Shown here piece by piece: positions 35,166 through 50,190 of a stretch of 64,000 nucleotides of DNA (position 1 is the first letter of the stretch; each line of letters begins with the position of its first letter). The notes under the pieces are model-generated. The model was not told the origin of the DNA. It saw only the letters and a list, made by a program, of their open reading frames with translations, and did not search any database. The position numbers and the translations under genes were made by a program. Source of the stretch: Podarcis bocagei (Eukaryota); NCBI GenBank assembly GCA_964188305.1, contig OZ076896.1, one strand, 5' to 3'.

Positions 35166-38100
35166 ACTGCCATCAGAATTATAAACATCCCTAACTCATG
35201 AAGCTGTGTGTTGGCTTTTCAACTGTGTAGCAGTTTGTTTTATCACCACACCAGCCTTTGGGTCACCAGTGTCTGTGGCAAGAATAGTTTTTGCCCCACC
35301 TCAACCATGTCCTGTGTTGGTCTTTTTATTTCAGTCAGCTTGCATGGAAGGAAGGCTAGCATTGGCTCCATAAGCAAGAGGAAGAGCACACTGTCAAATA
35401 AGTCTAGTGTGATGGACCTATATGCTAAGAAGGCATTTAGGAATATGTTGCTAAAGTGGATATGTGTAACTTTACAGTGGAGTTTTTATCCTTTGCAGGC
35501 CTTTCTGCGTACAGTCACCTTGTTCATGGGCTTTCTACTAACTCCTTTCATCCCATGGGTGGCTGGCTTTACAAATTTGGTCTTATCTGTCATTCTCTCT
35601 ATGTGGAGTTTAGTGGAAATGCATTTATATTACTTAATTAGAAACTTTGCCTTTACTGAACCCTCTCACTATGTGGCTGTCTATTACCTAAGGCTTAAAA
35701 ACCATGATAATTACTACGTCTATAAAATGCCTCTCATTACAACACATAAAAATGTGTTGGATTGAAGGGACTGCTAAGAGGGGGATTGTTTGCTGTATTT
35801 CACTCAGCATAAAATAAAAGGTAGATAAAAAAATTAAGCATTGTACTAAGTAGAATTGTTTGCATACAAGAAGGGCCATCTCAATTTTTCTGTATTTGAA
35901 AGGATATTGATAAAGGTCAGTGGATCGCTCTGTAGTGGAAGGGCATTTGTGCATATGCCAAATCCATATGTGCAGTCGGCCAGTTTCTTGTCTGTTTTGC
36001 AACAGAAATGTCCTTTATGTTGTTTCTCAAAGACTTCATGAAACACAATTGTATTGGGAAATTAAGTATAACTGGCTTTGCTAGATTGAGGCAATATTCT
36101 TGGTCAGAGTATATTAGTGCAGATACTTCTGGGATACATGTGAAGCATGTGAAATGGCCTTGAAGAAACACTATAATGGGTTAAGCAAGCCCTAGCATGT
36201 ACAAAAAAAAGAGAGGCTTTGCCGTGTTCATAATGAAAAAGCTTATGAGCTTCTGTACAACCTGTTCTCCTATTGCATTGAAGATGCCACTTGAAGATAA
36301 ATCTAACAAGAAGAAATGTGAAATCCCTTTTCCTTAATTACAAATAGTTAACCGACAGCGAATAATGGAAGGGTTTTGTTAAAAAAAAAGTGCATGATTG
36401 TTTATTGACTCTGGCCATGCTGATTGGTGCTGTCATATGGATGCCATTAACTTTTTCTTTCTTTCTAAGTAACTACTACTGCTCCATTTGAAATTGGCAT
36501 GGCCAAACCCCAACTCTTTCTGGAAGCAATGCTTCATAAACATATCTCCCCCCACCCCAGTCTCCCCCACCCACCCACATACATTCTTTTTTGGGGGGTG
36601 GGCGGGGGGAGGGTAAACCTAATGTTCTTTAAGTTGTTAGCATTCCTCTATTCTCTTTTATTCATTCCCCGCTCGAACCTCACTTATGAAATAGATCTGT
36701 CTGATGGAACTCCACAGCAGCAAGGCTTACAGCATCCTTATTCAGAATGAATTTTACTGAAGCGTGAACTGTACTTTTCAAATGGAAACATTCCATTTGC
36801 GATGTCATGTTATTAGTGGATTTCAAAAGCAAACAGAAAGTGTAATTTAAATCTATCCCTCTCAACTGCACTTCATTATAAATATCCTCAAGTTGTTTTA
36901 AAACAACATGAGCTGTAGCTACCCTGTGCTTCTTGCTGTAAGCTGCTCGTATTCAAAATGCTGAATCATGAAATTGGTGCGTGTTTCTAATGAAACCATG
37001 TGTGTTTCAGAACTAATCCTACATTATTTCAGTCTTGTTCTTCTGTTACCTTTTGTCTGAGCAAGACCCTTATTTTGAGCCTTTTTTAAAAACACAATTT
37101 TAGGGTAGCTTTGCACAATGAATCATTGGCATAGCCCAGAATCCTCTGTTAAAAACAAGATTTATTCAGAGTTTGGAAACCATACTTTTTATACGTATTG
37201 ATAGTTCAAGTATGAGCTCCATGTGCAAGTATAAGAATAGTTAATGTTAATGCTAAACACTCCCTTGCTCCAAATATGGCTTCTTGGAGAAGCCTTGGTT
37301 GTGTTCTAATATTATTGTAAAGTAGTACATGTGTTGTACTGAAGACTATCACACTTCTTTTGTTTCCCATTTTTGTGTTATACCACAGTTTTGCACTTGT
37401 GGTGCAAGTGTATTGCAGATTTCCCATATAGCATTTGGCCCCTTTCAGTTCCAAAATAATGGAATTTGCTGTTTGAATAATTTTCTAACAAAATTTACAT
37501 TTTAATTTTTGTCAGGTCAATCATTTGCAGTAGCCTTAAGGGCTAAATTATGTAGTGGTCATTTCCACCTTTGAGTTGGGGATCTGTCTGTTCATTAGGA
37601 GACTTGAGTCTTCTCTAGCAATGAGTTGCATTCCAATAGCTTCATATCAGTGGTAAAAGGAACATGGCACGCATGTGTTTAAATTATTTACACTCATAAT
37701 CGGCCTTTATGTTACATTTTACATTGCCGAGCCAGGCCTCAGTTATTCTAGTGCATAATTGATCGTGCTCAGAAGTGGAAAAGTTAGAAAAGCGGAAGTA
37801 ATTTGATGCGAATGTGCAGTGAGGCAGCTCCAGCTGGTATAGCCTATCGAGGCTGAGAGGTCTGAGACACAACAGGATTGCGTGTGCATGCCCACCAAGG
37901 GAAAGGCATCAGAAGTAACAGGTCTTGATTCTAGCATCTTGTTGGGAGTTATATTTAGGGGGTGAAGGGGGATGAAGGAGTCAGCACTTCTGACTTTTTC
38001 CTGCCAAGTCATATGACTAATGGAAAAATTGGGAAGATGTAACAATTGGCTTTAAACTAGTATTAGAAATTGTTTATTCCAGCTGTGGTTAGTTTATTCT

Positions 38101-41100
38101 AAAATTAATTAACAACTGGAAATAATTAATGTATGGCAACTGAATTCATCTAATCCCTTTATGCTTTGGTTGTGAGGACAAGAACATAATGGCCTACTAC
38201 TAACAACTTATCAAAAAGGACTGTATATCATTGATGGCATGGCTGGAACCTATGACACTTTCTTATATGGAACCATTCATTAACTTATCTGTAAATGAAG
38301 ACATTAATGCACTGTATCTTGATAGCTGCATGCTGAAATCGTAGGCATATTTACATATCTGGAGCAGAGGGCATGTTAAGGCTTAATATTAATAATTCTT
38401 TTAAGTAATTTTTTAATACTATATTTTTATATTGACACCACCCTGGGAATTTATAGTAAAGGATGGGTAAGAAATCAATTAAATAATGATTGATTATGTG
38501 AATCTAACTATAATAAAAGCCAAAGATTAAGGAGGCAACTCATAAATTTTATCTTCAAGGAGAATCAGCGTAATTTTAGGACACATTAATTCCACCCCCA
38601 ATGAAATTTTATTCTTTAGAAAAAAATAAAGATTACTCCTTGAATATTATTCACCTCTAAACTATTTTGAAGCCTGTACTGAAAACTAAAGTTGAAGCGA
38701 ATCTCTGTTGTTGACTATGAACGGTGGGGAAAAATCATTCCAGTTGTATTCTGTGCTGTCTCTGCATAACCAGAACAAGCCCTTGCAAGTCCCACTGTGT
38801 AGCCTCAAAATCTTCTAGAGTCCCCTTTAGAAGTCCTGTTTCAGGAGCAGAAATCCAGTTTGAGGTTCTCACGTAAAAACATCTTTGTTTTTGAATGCTG
38901 TACTGAAATAGTAAGTAAAGTGAGTGCTTTAATAGAGACAATGAATAAGAAACAGTTGTTTTAGGAATTGACAAGTCTCTGGGTTGCGATTTCCAGCTAC
39001 CACATTGCAACCTTGAAATTATTATTTTTCAATAGATTTGTCTTTCACAGCTAAATACCATTTTGATTTTTAAAACCATCTACTGGAGACCTCATAATGA
39101 ATAGAGCCACTCTCAACTCTTGTGAAAATAAATGCTGATACTTAAATATATTTGATAAGATGGTATCTCCATTTTAATTATGTGGAATACATGATGGGAA
39201 TAATTAAACAGGCCTTGCTTGCTTTTTGTTTATATTTTTTAATGTAAGCTGATGCATTTGTATAATTTGGTACAATGTGATAACACTAAGAGTTAGCAAC
39301 TAATCATTATGAGTTTATATTCTAAATATGAAGGGGTATGTGTTAAGGAAATCATACTATTCTAAACTCTATGTCTGCTTGGATTACCTTTTTACACAGA
39401 GGTAGTATTGATACAGGCATTTGTATGCTAAATGCTCCCTCTGTGACAATTCTTCAGGTGATAAAGTGGCTAATAACTTTTATTATTTCTGTGCTGTGAA
39501 AATGAATGCTTTGTTCTCCGTTTGCTGGGAAGAATAGTGTAGAGATCCCAGATCAACTTATCCCCATTCTTTAATAATCTTGCCTCATTAACATTTCCTG
39601 TATTAATTCTGCCAAGTAAAACAAACAAACAAATACCAATGGAGAACAATGAAGGATGAATAAAAGAAATAATACAAAGATTATTACAATACTAAAAATG
39701 GCAGGAAAAGGTATATGACATAATATTTCACACAGAAAAGACAGCCTCGTAACATTTAATGAAGCAATACAAATCCTTTCAGCTTCTCTGATGATGGTGC
39801 TATAAAATATCTTAATAAGCTTTTTTTATTATTAAAGGCGTCTCTGACTTGTTTCAAAATACTGGCTGTTGTAGTATTGCATGAAGGATGAAGTAGTATG
39901 AATACTACTTCTTTAGTTGCATGGACTAAAGAAGTAGTCTGCTGTGCATTGCACATCAAACTGAGGCTTAGTATTAATAGCCATTAGATGTGTGTTCCAC
40001 TTGCATTGTAACAATAGCATACAGTGTTCCTATTTTCTGTCTAACAGGCAGCAATCTTCTTTCACCCACAAGGCATTTCTCCTATTTAAAGTTACCATTA
40101 TGGGGAAAAATATATCTCTATTCTTATCACAACTGCAACACAGTGTGCATAACTGCTGCTTTTTATTCTGTACTTCCACTGTGGCCAGGTGTGGGCCGAG
40201 TGCATTGTTAATACTGTCCACTTGATTGCTCTAGGTAACGTCTCATTACTTATTGGCACTTATGAGACCATAGGGATATGTCCTACTTTCTGATCTCTTT
40301 CTCCAAAAGGGTTGAGCTGCTGGTTGCAAACAAGGAGATCAAAGCCTTTTGTGTGCCTTTGTTGGGATTGCTTTTACCTTCACTCATGCTTCTTCTCTGG
40401 TAGAGGTTATAATTCTGTTCCTGAGACATGTTCTGAGCCTAAATTGTTATCGGCTAACTACCTTGTATGTAATGCTGCCTCTTCACCAATGGAAGACGGA
40501 GGCGAGGCGCTTGGAATGTGAGAAAGGCTACTTTTACCTCTTTGCCTTTCCCCTTGTACTGTAGTCCCTATCTCCCATTCTGATCTGAAGGGTCCTTTAA
40601 CCTCTGAAGCAGATGGGTTTTTTGTGGTGGTGGTGGGGAGGGAGGAGGATGCAGGGAAGAGGGTGAATATAAAAAAAATCTGTTAATTTTCTGATCCACG
40701 GATAGAAGCCTCTGCTGGCTCAATTACCCTTCTGTCAGTAGAGGGACGCCATTTGGTAACATCCCGGTTTGATTCTGTAGTCCCACTAGAATGGAAAAAA
40801 GAATGGTGGCGTCTTCAAAACTACAAAACACTGGGGGATACAAGTTTATGCGGTTACAAGCAATGGTTGTGCTCCTAAACATAGATTGATCTCCCTGCAG
40901 GAAAGTGCATTATTCTTTATATGCTTTTATGGGTATTAAAGTTTGATGGCCTGTTTTAGTGATATCACAGTTTTATTATCTCGTTATCCATTAAAAATGT
41001 TCAATAATGTCCCTAGTTTGGTTTAGACTGTCATCTTAACCTAGTCTCATTGTTTAGCTATGTCTATACTAATCATGAGTGGGGTTGTCTTATGGTTTAT

Positions 41101-43082
41101 GGCTTGTGGTTTGTTCAGGAGAGCTATACCATGAACCCACTAAACATCACACTAATCCAAAATGTGGCACAGTTCAGCACAGTGTGGCAACAAAACAACC
41201 AGAATGGTGTTAAAGCTCCGTTCATGGAGCTTGCATGTTATGGTGAAGCTATCGTTTGGCTTAGCATGTTTTCAAACCAAACCATAGTGTGTTCTGCAAA
41301 CTGCTGAAAGCTAACAGACTCCATGATGTCTAACTTCTCACTCTTTAAATAAGAGCTGATGGCTAAAAATCAGACTAGAATTAGTCAAAAATAATAATAT
41401 TAAAATCTTCTGAAATATGTTTGAACATAGATCCAAAAATCTGTATGTGAAACTAAACATGCCATTCCACAAAACTGCTAAGTACTTCCATGTTTTGAAC
41501 ATATTACTATAGTTCTGTGTCTTGAAAAGAGCACTTGAAAGATGGCCTATGAAGAATTAAAATTTTCAATGACTAGGTTGTTGTGATGTGAAAAGCCTTT
41601 GTTGTGTAAATTTTCTATAAGGGGCTCCCAGAGGTAGTGTGCTATGGGTGGTTGATGCTCTGACTTAGATTATGCACAACAGCCTGAATGGAGAAGCAGG
41701 ATCAGAAAAAAGTGGCACAGCTACTGTTGTGTCAAAACAGCTATGCTAGCAATAATCCTCTGCAATAGGAAGTAATTCTTCTTGAAGTGCTTTGTTCTTC
41801 AGTCCTGCCATCACTGCTGGGACCTGTTAATCCACACTGGTGGAAGGGGTTATATTGTTTCCCACATTTCACTATCTGTGTTCTTCCTAGTGCAAATGAT
41901 ACTATTTAGGAAGGAGTTGGAAGTTTCTCAGTGACATTTTAAGAAGACGTAAGAAACATAGTATTCAGTCTTTGTTTCCTGTTATTCCAAACTAGGGATT
42001 ATAAAAGTCACATATCTCAAAGGCGATTGTGGTGTCAAATGATGGATTTCCCTATAACAGCTGGGATTGCTATTTTCACGTAGAAACTTTCACAGGAAAG
42101 TTATTAGTATATTGTATATCATTTAAAAGTACTTAAAAGAATTTGTGTCAAACCTTACCTGTGCTTACGCTTGTTACGTCAGTATTGTTATATTTCTCTT
42201 TCATAAGTAGGGATATTTAATTTTGACGTGTGTGCATGAAATAGACCATGTTATATACTAATAAGCCCATTGTCAAAATGTGCTCATACAGCAAAATACT
42301 GAAAATAATATTTCCTGTATGTAAAGCTTATAGGTATTTTTCTGCACATGAATTATATTCTTGCATGTTAACATGGAAGCATTGCAGAACTGATTTCAGC
42401 CTCTTTAGCTCCTACTTACGGAGTACAGTTCATATTTACATTTATTTGGCTGCCATTTCTAATGGATCTGCTATCTGCAAGGGAACTTTTGTATTTTTTA
42501 AATTTTTATTTGGCCTTACATAGTTATTCTTGTAATTTTCTTATGATGTCTCACTGGAAATATATACAAACCATTATGGAATCTACCTTGTGTGGATGAA
42601 GTGGACATTCAGGTAACACATATTCGGAGAGGAGGGAAACACTAAGTGACACATTCTGCATCCTGGAGGCCAGCAAATATAGAGAGCTTTGTGAAATGTT
42701 GCCAAGATGGACCGCTGACAAAGCCCAAACCACTTGTGTATCAGTGTGATATATTTGTAATGGTGCCACCTTCACTCCTTGCCATTTCAACTGTTAGACT
42801 CACTCAAGCGTCAAATCTTTCCGTGATCTTCAGGCTTGTCTATGCACGCAATCTGTACAGAGTGAATGCACATTGGTTCAGAAAGTCCCCCCCCCCCACA
42901 TATGCAATTACCCATTCAGAAATTAGGCAGCTTAAAGTACAACTGGGATTGGAGAGTTTCCAAATTTCTCTTTATTTCCTAGTTCTGAATAACTTCCATT
43001 ATTTCATTTGGTCATAAAGGAATCTACTTTGTCTAGAAAAAATGCTGCCAGCAAAACTGCGCAACGGAATATTAATGTACTT

Positions 43083-43233
43083 AGAATCATAAGTTTGTGG
43101 AGTTGGAAGGGACCCTAAGGATCATCTATTCCAGCTCCCTGCACTGCAGGAATATGCAGCTGTCCCACATGGGGATCAAACCTACAACCTTGGTGTTATC
43201 AGCACCATGCTCTAACCAACTGAACTATCCGGT
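43083..43233 (-). mobile_element. tRNA-Ile-derived SINE with CR1 tail (POMSINE-like)
   Basis: Minus head ccggatagttcagttggttagagcatggtgctgataacaccaagg...; homologous to 16497 and 23375. Confidence 0.85.
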
Positions 43234-44117
43234 AGAAAGAAAATGTTTTCAAGAATTTGGTTCCACATAGGTGGGAGCAAAGTGCAGCATACTTTATTCC
43301 TTTCAAGTTCCATACAGCCTAACATCACATAGAATTTCCTGTTCCCATAATTATTGGAACTTCGTTGTCCTACTTTTGTTCCTATAGAACTGTGATTATT
43401 ATTATTATTAAGTGTTCTTATTGGGCTCAGTTACTTTGGTTGTGCATTAAAGGATGCACAGTTTCCAAGAAAACATTTATATGGCTGCTAAGGAAAGGGA
43501 GAGAGAATGGAAAGGATAATTAAAAAGAGGAGGGGGGATTGTGAGAGAAGAGTTGAACATATTTAAACATCTGCCTGGGTAGTGTAGTATAGCACATTGA
43601 AAAAGGCAGCTAAAGTTGACCCCTCATTACTTAGCTTATCTTGTTCTGATGGAGCACAGGAAGAACTAGTTCATCTACCAGAGACAGTGTTATTTTGTCA
43701 GAATAATTTATTGTTTTTCCCACCAGTCAATTTTCTTTCAAAACTGATTTAGAAGTGCTTATAGAAGATTCCAAACTATAAATTTTCATTGTTGCTCACC
43801 AGCTTGCCTGCATAATGCTTTTTGAAAAGTTATGTTTAGTGTCACTTAATGAATGCATCTGGCTCGGTTGCATTCATATGTTTTGATAAAATAGTAAACT
43901 TACAAATGTCTTTTAGGTATAAATTGCCTCTTAAGATTAGCAAAGAGTTGGCAGGGCCACTGATCTCATGTGGTTTATTTAACTTTAGGAGATTCTCCTG
44001 GCTGCGTTTAGATCTGTAAGAGGGCAGAAAGGTTTATTAAGCATGGTTGCAATACTATATACAATGGTTAATGCCCAAAGTGTATTTAAATAAAGGCTAT
44101 TTATTCATAATAGTGTT

Positions 44118-44242
44118 GTTGTTGTTTAGTCGTTTAGTCGTGTCCGACTCTTCGTGACCCCATGGACCAGAGCATGCCAGGCACTCCTGTCTTCCACTGC
44201 CTCCCGCAGTTTGGTCAGACTCATGTTTGTAGCTTCGAGAAC
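44118..44242 (-). mobile_element. Very short 5'-truncated RTE-BovB insertion
   Basis: About 92% identical to the 3' end of the BovB at 55724; (CAA)n tail; perfect 12-bp TSD cataatagtgtt (44106-44117, 44243-44254). Confidence 0.9.
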
Positions 44243-47114
44243 CATAATAGTGTTAGGTTTCTGTAAACAAGCACATTAAATATCCTGTTGATGTGTTCAA
44301 ATTTCAGTAATTCTCTTTGGTAACAATTCTTTTAAAAAACAACAAAAACAACAAGTACTAATATTTTTGGTAACCAGGAAATAGAATTGCAGTAACGGAA
44401 TCTCCCTGCCCCAGGTAAAGTAGCCAAAACCAACTTTTTTTCCTTTCCCTTTCCTTTAGTAGCTTAGTCCTCAATGTCTTGTCTGAAAGATTCTTCAAAC
44501 ATGACGAGTTCCCAAGTCGGGATAATATCATCTTTGTGGAGAAAAGTACATGTATAGTCTTGGACGAAGAATAGCAGACTGTTCATTTTGCTACTATTAA
44601 AAAGTGTTACAGCCAAATTGTAAAGTATTTTTCATGCTTTGTGCCAAGCCAGCATTGCACAACATGAATGCAACTATCTCAATTACTGCAGGCTTTCAGA
44701 GATACGGTTTTAATGCGATAGAATTGATATGAGTGTCAATTATTTGTTTCTGTGATGATGCAAATGACATCCTATTTTTCCTTGCATATTGGCTTTGCTG
44801 TTATAAGATGCACAATCAGCTACTGTAGTTGTTCATACTTTAGTGTGGAATGGTATAGTTTAATTTCTCCTTCCCCCTGTGTCTCTGAAAAGCTGTTCTG
44901 GAGGGTTAGGGAACCTTTTGGAACATTGTGGGGAGTGAAGTGAAGGGCTGCATGGAGGATCTGTAAAAATTATATTTCCCTCCTTTCCTGCTGAGAGCCT
45001 CTGCTGAATTAGAGTCTCTTCTATGATTTGAAGATCCCCTTACATTTGTGGAAGAATGTGTCTGGAGGCAAATTTATATTCTAATGCCCAATTTCTGATA
45101 TCTTGTTGCAATGCTATTGCGATGTTATTGTGTTCAAAATTAGCTGTAGGTTTTATGCAAACTGACATACTCGATCAATCAAAAATACATTTTCTACTTA
45201 AGAGATTATTATTAGTTGCCATAATAAATTGGTTATATTCTTTAAGGTGCTACAATACTTTTTATAGTTTTTGCTGCAAGAGCAAAAGCAGCTATGCCTC
45301 TGGAACTTAGTGCAAAAATACCTGATTTTTTTTGACAAAGGCATTATCCAACTGCAACATGCATTCTCTTGACCATTAAACAATGTATTTGTATTAACAA
45401 ATAATAGCCTACTGTGTGAAATGTTGGCTGATACATTTATTAGGATTATCTCAAATGTCACATAGAAGTGAGCAATCTTTCTAATTTGTCCCAAACATTT
45501 TTTGGACTGGATGTTAAGCAAAAAGATGTTTCGGCTGGGGGAGGAATCTGGCTATAATATTGATGCCCCCAAATCTCCTGTTTGCAATAGTCTTAAATGG
45601 AATGAAGGAAGAGATTGCAGAGTTAATTTGATTGGACTGTGCTAATTGCAAAATAGATTTCAGGTTGTGTTGAGTGCTGCTGGGATAAAGAAACAACCAA
45701 TAGCTGCTATCCCTCTCATTTAAAATATAAAATATATGTGGGAACACACAGCTCCCTTGTGAAACAGAAAACAGAGGTAAAGCAAAATGAGACATATTTT
45801 ATATTAACAAATCTGTATATTAATTTTAGTTGATGTACCTAGGAAACAGTAAGTAGAATCCAAATTCAGTAGCATTACTTTGTGGTTGTTTGTGAAGGGC
45901 ATGTAACTCCCAAAAGTTAATTGCCATTTTTAGGTGTCGAAGGTCTTCTTCCTCTGTTTTGTTTTGTTTTTATCCCTGGTTATTTGGTATTCTCTAAAGA
46001 ATTGTTAGGGTAATATTGCAACCAACCAAAATGTCACAAAAGTGTGGGAAGCTTTCAAGTTCTCCATAAATCTTCTCCAGGCTTGATGTTACACAAAAGG
46101 AACAAGATACTACCCAAATGAAGATACTTGATGTAAAGTTCATATATTTTAATCGCCACAATACTCTCATTTCCCAGTGTTGAAACTAGGATTTTCTCCA
46201 TTATGGAAAACATTGCCATTGTGCATCATGGAGTGCAGTTCCGTGAGCTTAACTTGCTGGACATTTTTTGGCGATATTGCTAGTGATGAGTTGCATAAGT
46301 GCCCCCGCCCTGACCCCAGCACACAATATTTCACATTTTAAAGTGGCCTTTTGCAGTAAGCACTCCCGCAATATACAGCTGTAATATGGAAGTTTTTTCC
46401 TTAGGGGATATTGGCAAATGCCAGCACTCATATATACTTGACTCCTGGCAAGCACTTCTGAGGAGGCAAGAGACTGGGAAAGCTGCAGGAGCAGTTTTTG
46501 AAGATTAGGATCCATTTTGATTAATATTAGTCACTTTCACTACTATTACCCATAGTGCAAAGTAGAAAAATCAGTAAGCTTTTGTCAAAGGGTATTTTTT
46601 ATTTGCCACCACAGATAACAGAGAAATTACCCAGATCTGGTAACAGAACACTTTCAACAGAAGACCTAGCATGTGGGGTAGGGGATTTCCATTTTATAAA
46701 TAAACTGAAGACTGGGGAGCAATTCAAAACTGTTTCCAGATTTCCAGGGATACTGTCAATAACTTTTGTTGTAGATGATGGCCAGTAACATATGTGACGA
46801 AGTTCCACCATGCAGCATGAAATGCATTAGGTTTAGCAGTACCTTTCAAAGAACGTAAATGATAAGGTTTTGTTTTGTTGAAAGAGAGAGAGTCCACATA
46901 TTCCTTTGTCGTAGAGGCAGATCCAGGTTCTGTAAAGACTTTTTGTGCAATTGATTGTCAACCCACTACTAATCGTGGTGAGGTTTGGATTGGATTCTTA
47001 ATGTTAGCCATTTCTTCACTAAAATTCCTATTTTGCAGAAGGTTTAACTTTGTTATGCAACCCTTGTGAGGCTTCAGTTTTTGTTCTAGTTCAGAAGCTT
47101 ATGTGCTTCTCTTC

Positions 47115-47210
47115 TTTACTGTATTTTTGGTTTTTATGGAAGCCGCCCAGAGTGGCTGGGGAGGCCCAGCCAGATGGGCGGGGTATAAATAATAAATAAT
47201 TATTATTATT
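47115..47210 (+). mobile_element. L2 LINE extreme 3' end
   Basis: Near-identical to the reverse complement of ~19342-19422; ends in an aat/att tail. Confidence 0.85.
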
Positions 47211-49141
47211 CAGTGTTGGAAAGTGTCCCTGGCAATTTTAAGAAGTAGCATTGTTAACGCCACGGATACAGGTAATTTTCACTGGAGGATGCAATGCAAT
47301 GGAATGAGGGAATTTTAAGAGTATTCGATAAAGCCTAATATATTATTGTGATCATGCTGAACATGCATGCCATGATTTCCTTGGGAACTGCTACTTGCAT
47401 GATCACAGCACCTGCATCTAATATCCAAAAACAGATAAGGAACTGTTGAGCCTTGAGCCATTTCAGGCTTTTCTTGAACCAGGTTTCTTTATATATTTTG
47501 ATTGGAATGAAGCAGCAGCTCGATAATGTTGCTGCTAAGGAAATCCCTGTCTTGGGAATCGTCATAATAACAGGAACAAAGAGAATGTTAAGACTTGAAG
47601 AATTAAGCCTTGATTTCCATTTAAATTTAATTTATAGTAATTTTAGACATGGTTTGCATTTTAGGAAGGCTCGATCAAGCAAAGAAAGAGAAAAGCAATA
47701 TAGGATGCTTTTGCTAATTTTGCATATTGAGGAATGTGAGGCTTTGAATGGTAGACTGAAAAATGTCAGTCTGACCTCTTGGAATGCACTGTATTAAGTC
47801 CAAAAACCCCGTAGCTAATTGGGTTTAATTTATAACTGACACGAATTCCAGATTTCTGGATCAAATTTGAATATTCATTTCCCTTGACATATATACTTTT
47901 TATTTTATTTTTGCTTTCTTTGAGAACTTTGACTTTAAATAATTCACTTTGATTTGTTTGAAATCACTTACATGGATGGAATTAATCACATAATGTCTTG
48001 TAGAGATTGTTGTAGATAGCCAACTCTAAAATTACAGAATATAGATTGTGATTTTTGTCAACTTTCTTGTGTATTCATATGAAACTAAGGAAGTAAATGC
48101 AAATTTTGACGAAGTATTTATGCTGTAATCTGTTTTTTTATCGTTTATTTTCACATTTCTGCCTATAGGGTGATATCCAGTAAGCTGTTTTCAGTGTAGA
48201 CCCATTTATTTTGATAGGGCTACTCTGAATGGTGGATATTCATTATAGTAGTTATAAAACAAGCAGTAAATAGAATTTCAATAGTCTGTGTATAAATAAT
48301 ATAACCAAATAGCTTAATGATGATGAAGGTCATTAGCCACGTTTTGAGTGTTCATTTCCTACTTTTCAGGAATTTTAAACAGTGAAGAGCACAGCTTAAT
48401 GCTGGCTAATAATTCGGATATGCTCATTCTTGTGACAATTTTTGTGTTAACGTATAACAGAAATATGACCTGCAGATGTTTATACTGTACATATGCTTTT
48501 AAGCAATAAGATTCATGGACAGGTGCTGGAATGACTGTGGTCTTTTGAGGGGGTCAAAGGTTAGACAAACTGCCCCTAGAATTTAAACAGGGCCGTTATT
48601 TCATGTCAGTTTAATTATCCTTATGTTTTACGAGACAGTCAGTCAAGTGGTCTGGAAACCTTGAGAAATCGGAGGCGTTCACAGCTCTGAGGGCAAAGTT
48701 CTGATTGGGTTCGTTCAGTAATCTTTCTCTTTGTGAAGGTCTTAATGTGAGTGATGGGCTGTTAGAACCATAAGGAATACTTAGTGCCAGAACAAGATTC
48801 AATCAGTATGGTATCTTTTAGCAGGAAATGCTTTGCAGTCTGATTTCTCCCCCCACTCTCTTATATGAATTTACTCTGCGACGCGGTAATCTCTGCTTGG
48901 GGTCATTACTTTGATTTTAACTTGGCAATTTAACTCCTGAAGTGTTTTGAATAAAAACGCCCTTGAAGGGAGTAATAAGTTTTTAAATAGCTTGGAATCA
49001 GCTGAAATAGGATTTTAGTAAAAAATCTTGCTGCGAGTGCAATCTGGCGTGAACACAAGGAGTTGAAAAAAAGAAGATGAATTGACTTTGTAGCATGCTG
49101 CTTTAAAAGGAGAGAGGTGTCTTTTTCATCCTCCATTTGTA

Positions 49142-49231
49142 TAGCACAGTCCTATACGTGTCTACTCAAAATTGTGCCTCATTGAGTTCAGTGTGACTTA
49201 CTTCCAGGTAAGTAAGTGCAGGACTGCAGCT
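49142..49231. mobile_element. Short palindromic MITE-like repeat
   Basis: cagtcct ... aggactg ends and central attgagttcagt; same family as 33539. Confidence 0.65.
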
Positions 49232-50190
49232 GTTGTCTGTACAGACTTCATCAGAGGCAGTGTATTAAATGGGCTTTACTGCCAGGTTTATATACTGGCA
49301 TACAAAGCAATATGTTTTGCTCAATACTTATGAGAATTTTCGGAAGAAATAAAATTTATCTGTTGCATCATAATTAAAAAAACCCAAAACCCAGTAGAGT
49401 GTGAGTTCATGTGTGAGACGCTCAGCATCTTTGTATAAATAAAAAAGAAATCTCTAATTGTTTCAGCCAGCCCCAGAGCTTTTATCAAGCACTTGAGATT
49501 TTATTTTCATTAGTACAGAGGCACTTAGAAATGAGTAAGTAGCAAATAAACAAAATGAGATAATTCAAATTTATACTGGTAAGTTAATAAAACCAATAAA
49601 AACTGCATTTCCTAAGGTTTTCCATTATTAGCATTTTTTTATTGCAGAGACAATTTATTATGCTTATATAGTCCAAGTTATCACGGAAAATTTCTTTACT
49701 CATATTTTTTATAGTTTGAAGAAAATGAGGCTTGTTGAACTTGTGAACAAGAAAAAGTACCCCCCCCCGCTTTTTAACAGTTTCATCCGGGTAATTCTAT
49801 TTTTCCACTTCACCATTTAGTGCATTACTCATTCCTTAAGTAGTTTTTAGTGCTAATTTTACAGCCTAGTACACAGAAAATGTATTCTTTTTTTCTCCTC
49901 CTTTCTCAGCCATTGTATCAATACACTGCAGCCTACTTAATGAAAGAGAAAACACCAAGAGGTGTTCTTTTCTTACAAGGACTTATTGACTCCTTGCAGT
50001 TTTGACCATCTGTATTTATTTTGTCAAGTGAAATTCTGCATTTAAAAAAAAAAAAACTTTTCTTTTCACCCTTGCTCTTTTACTACCGTGCCTTGTTTAG
50101 GCTTCATGTGTGCTAGGAAGGTGAAAGGCATGTTTGATACTTTGTCTAAAACCTTTAAACTTAAGTAGATCTCATTGTGTTTGCAATATA

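Noticed and set aside
35208-35765. 185-aa ORF
   Set aside because: Non-ATG start, no recognisable domain, intron-like composition, no convincing splice context.
40733-40815. CTCF-like tgtcagtagagggacgcc with a YY1-like GCCATTT
   Set aside because: Several core mismatches; too weak to call without data.
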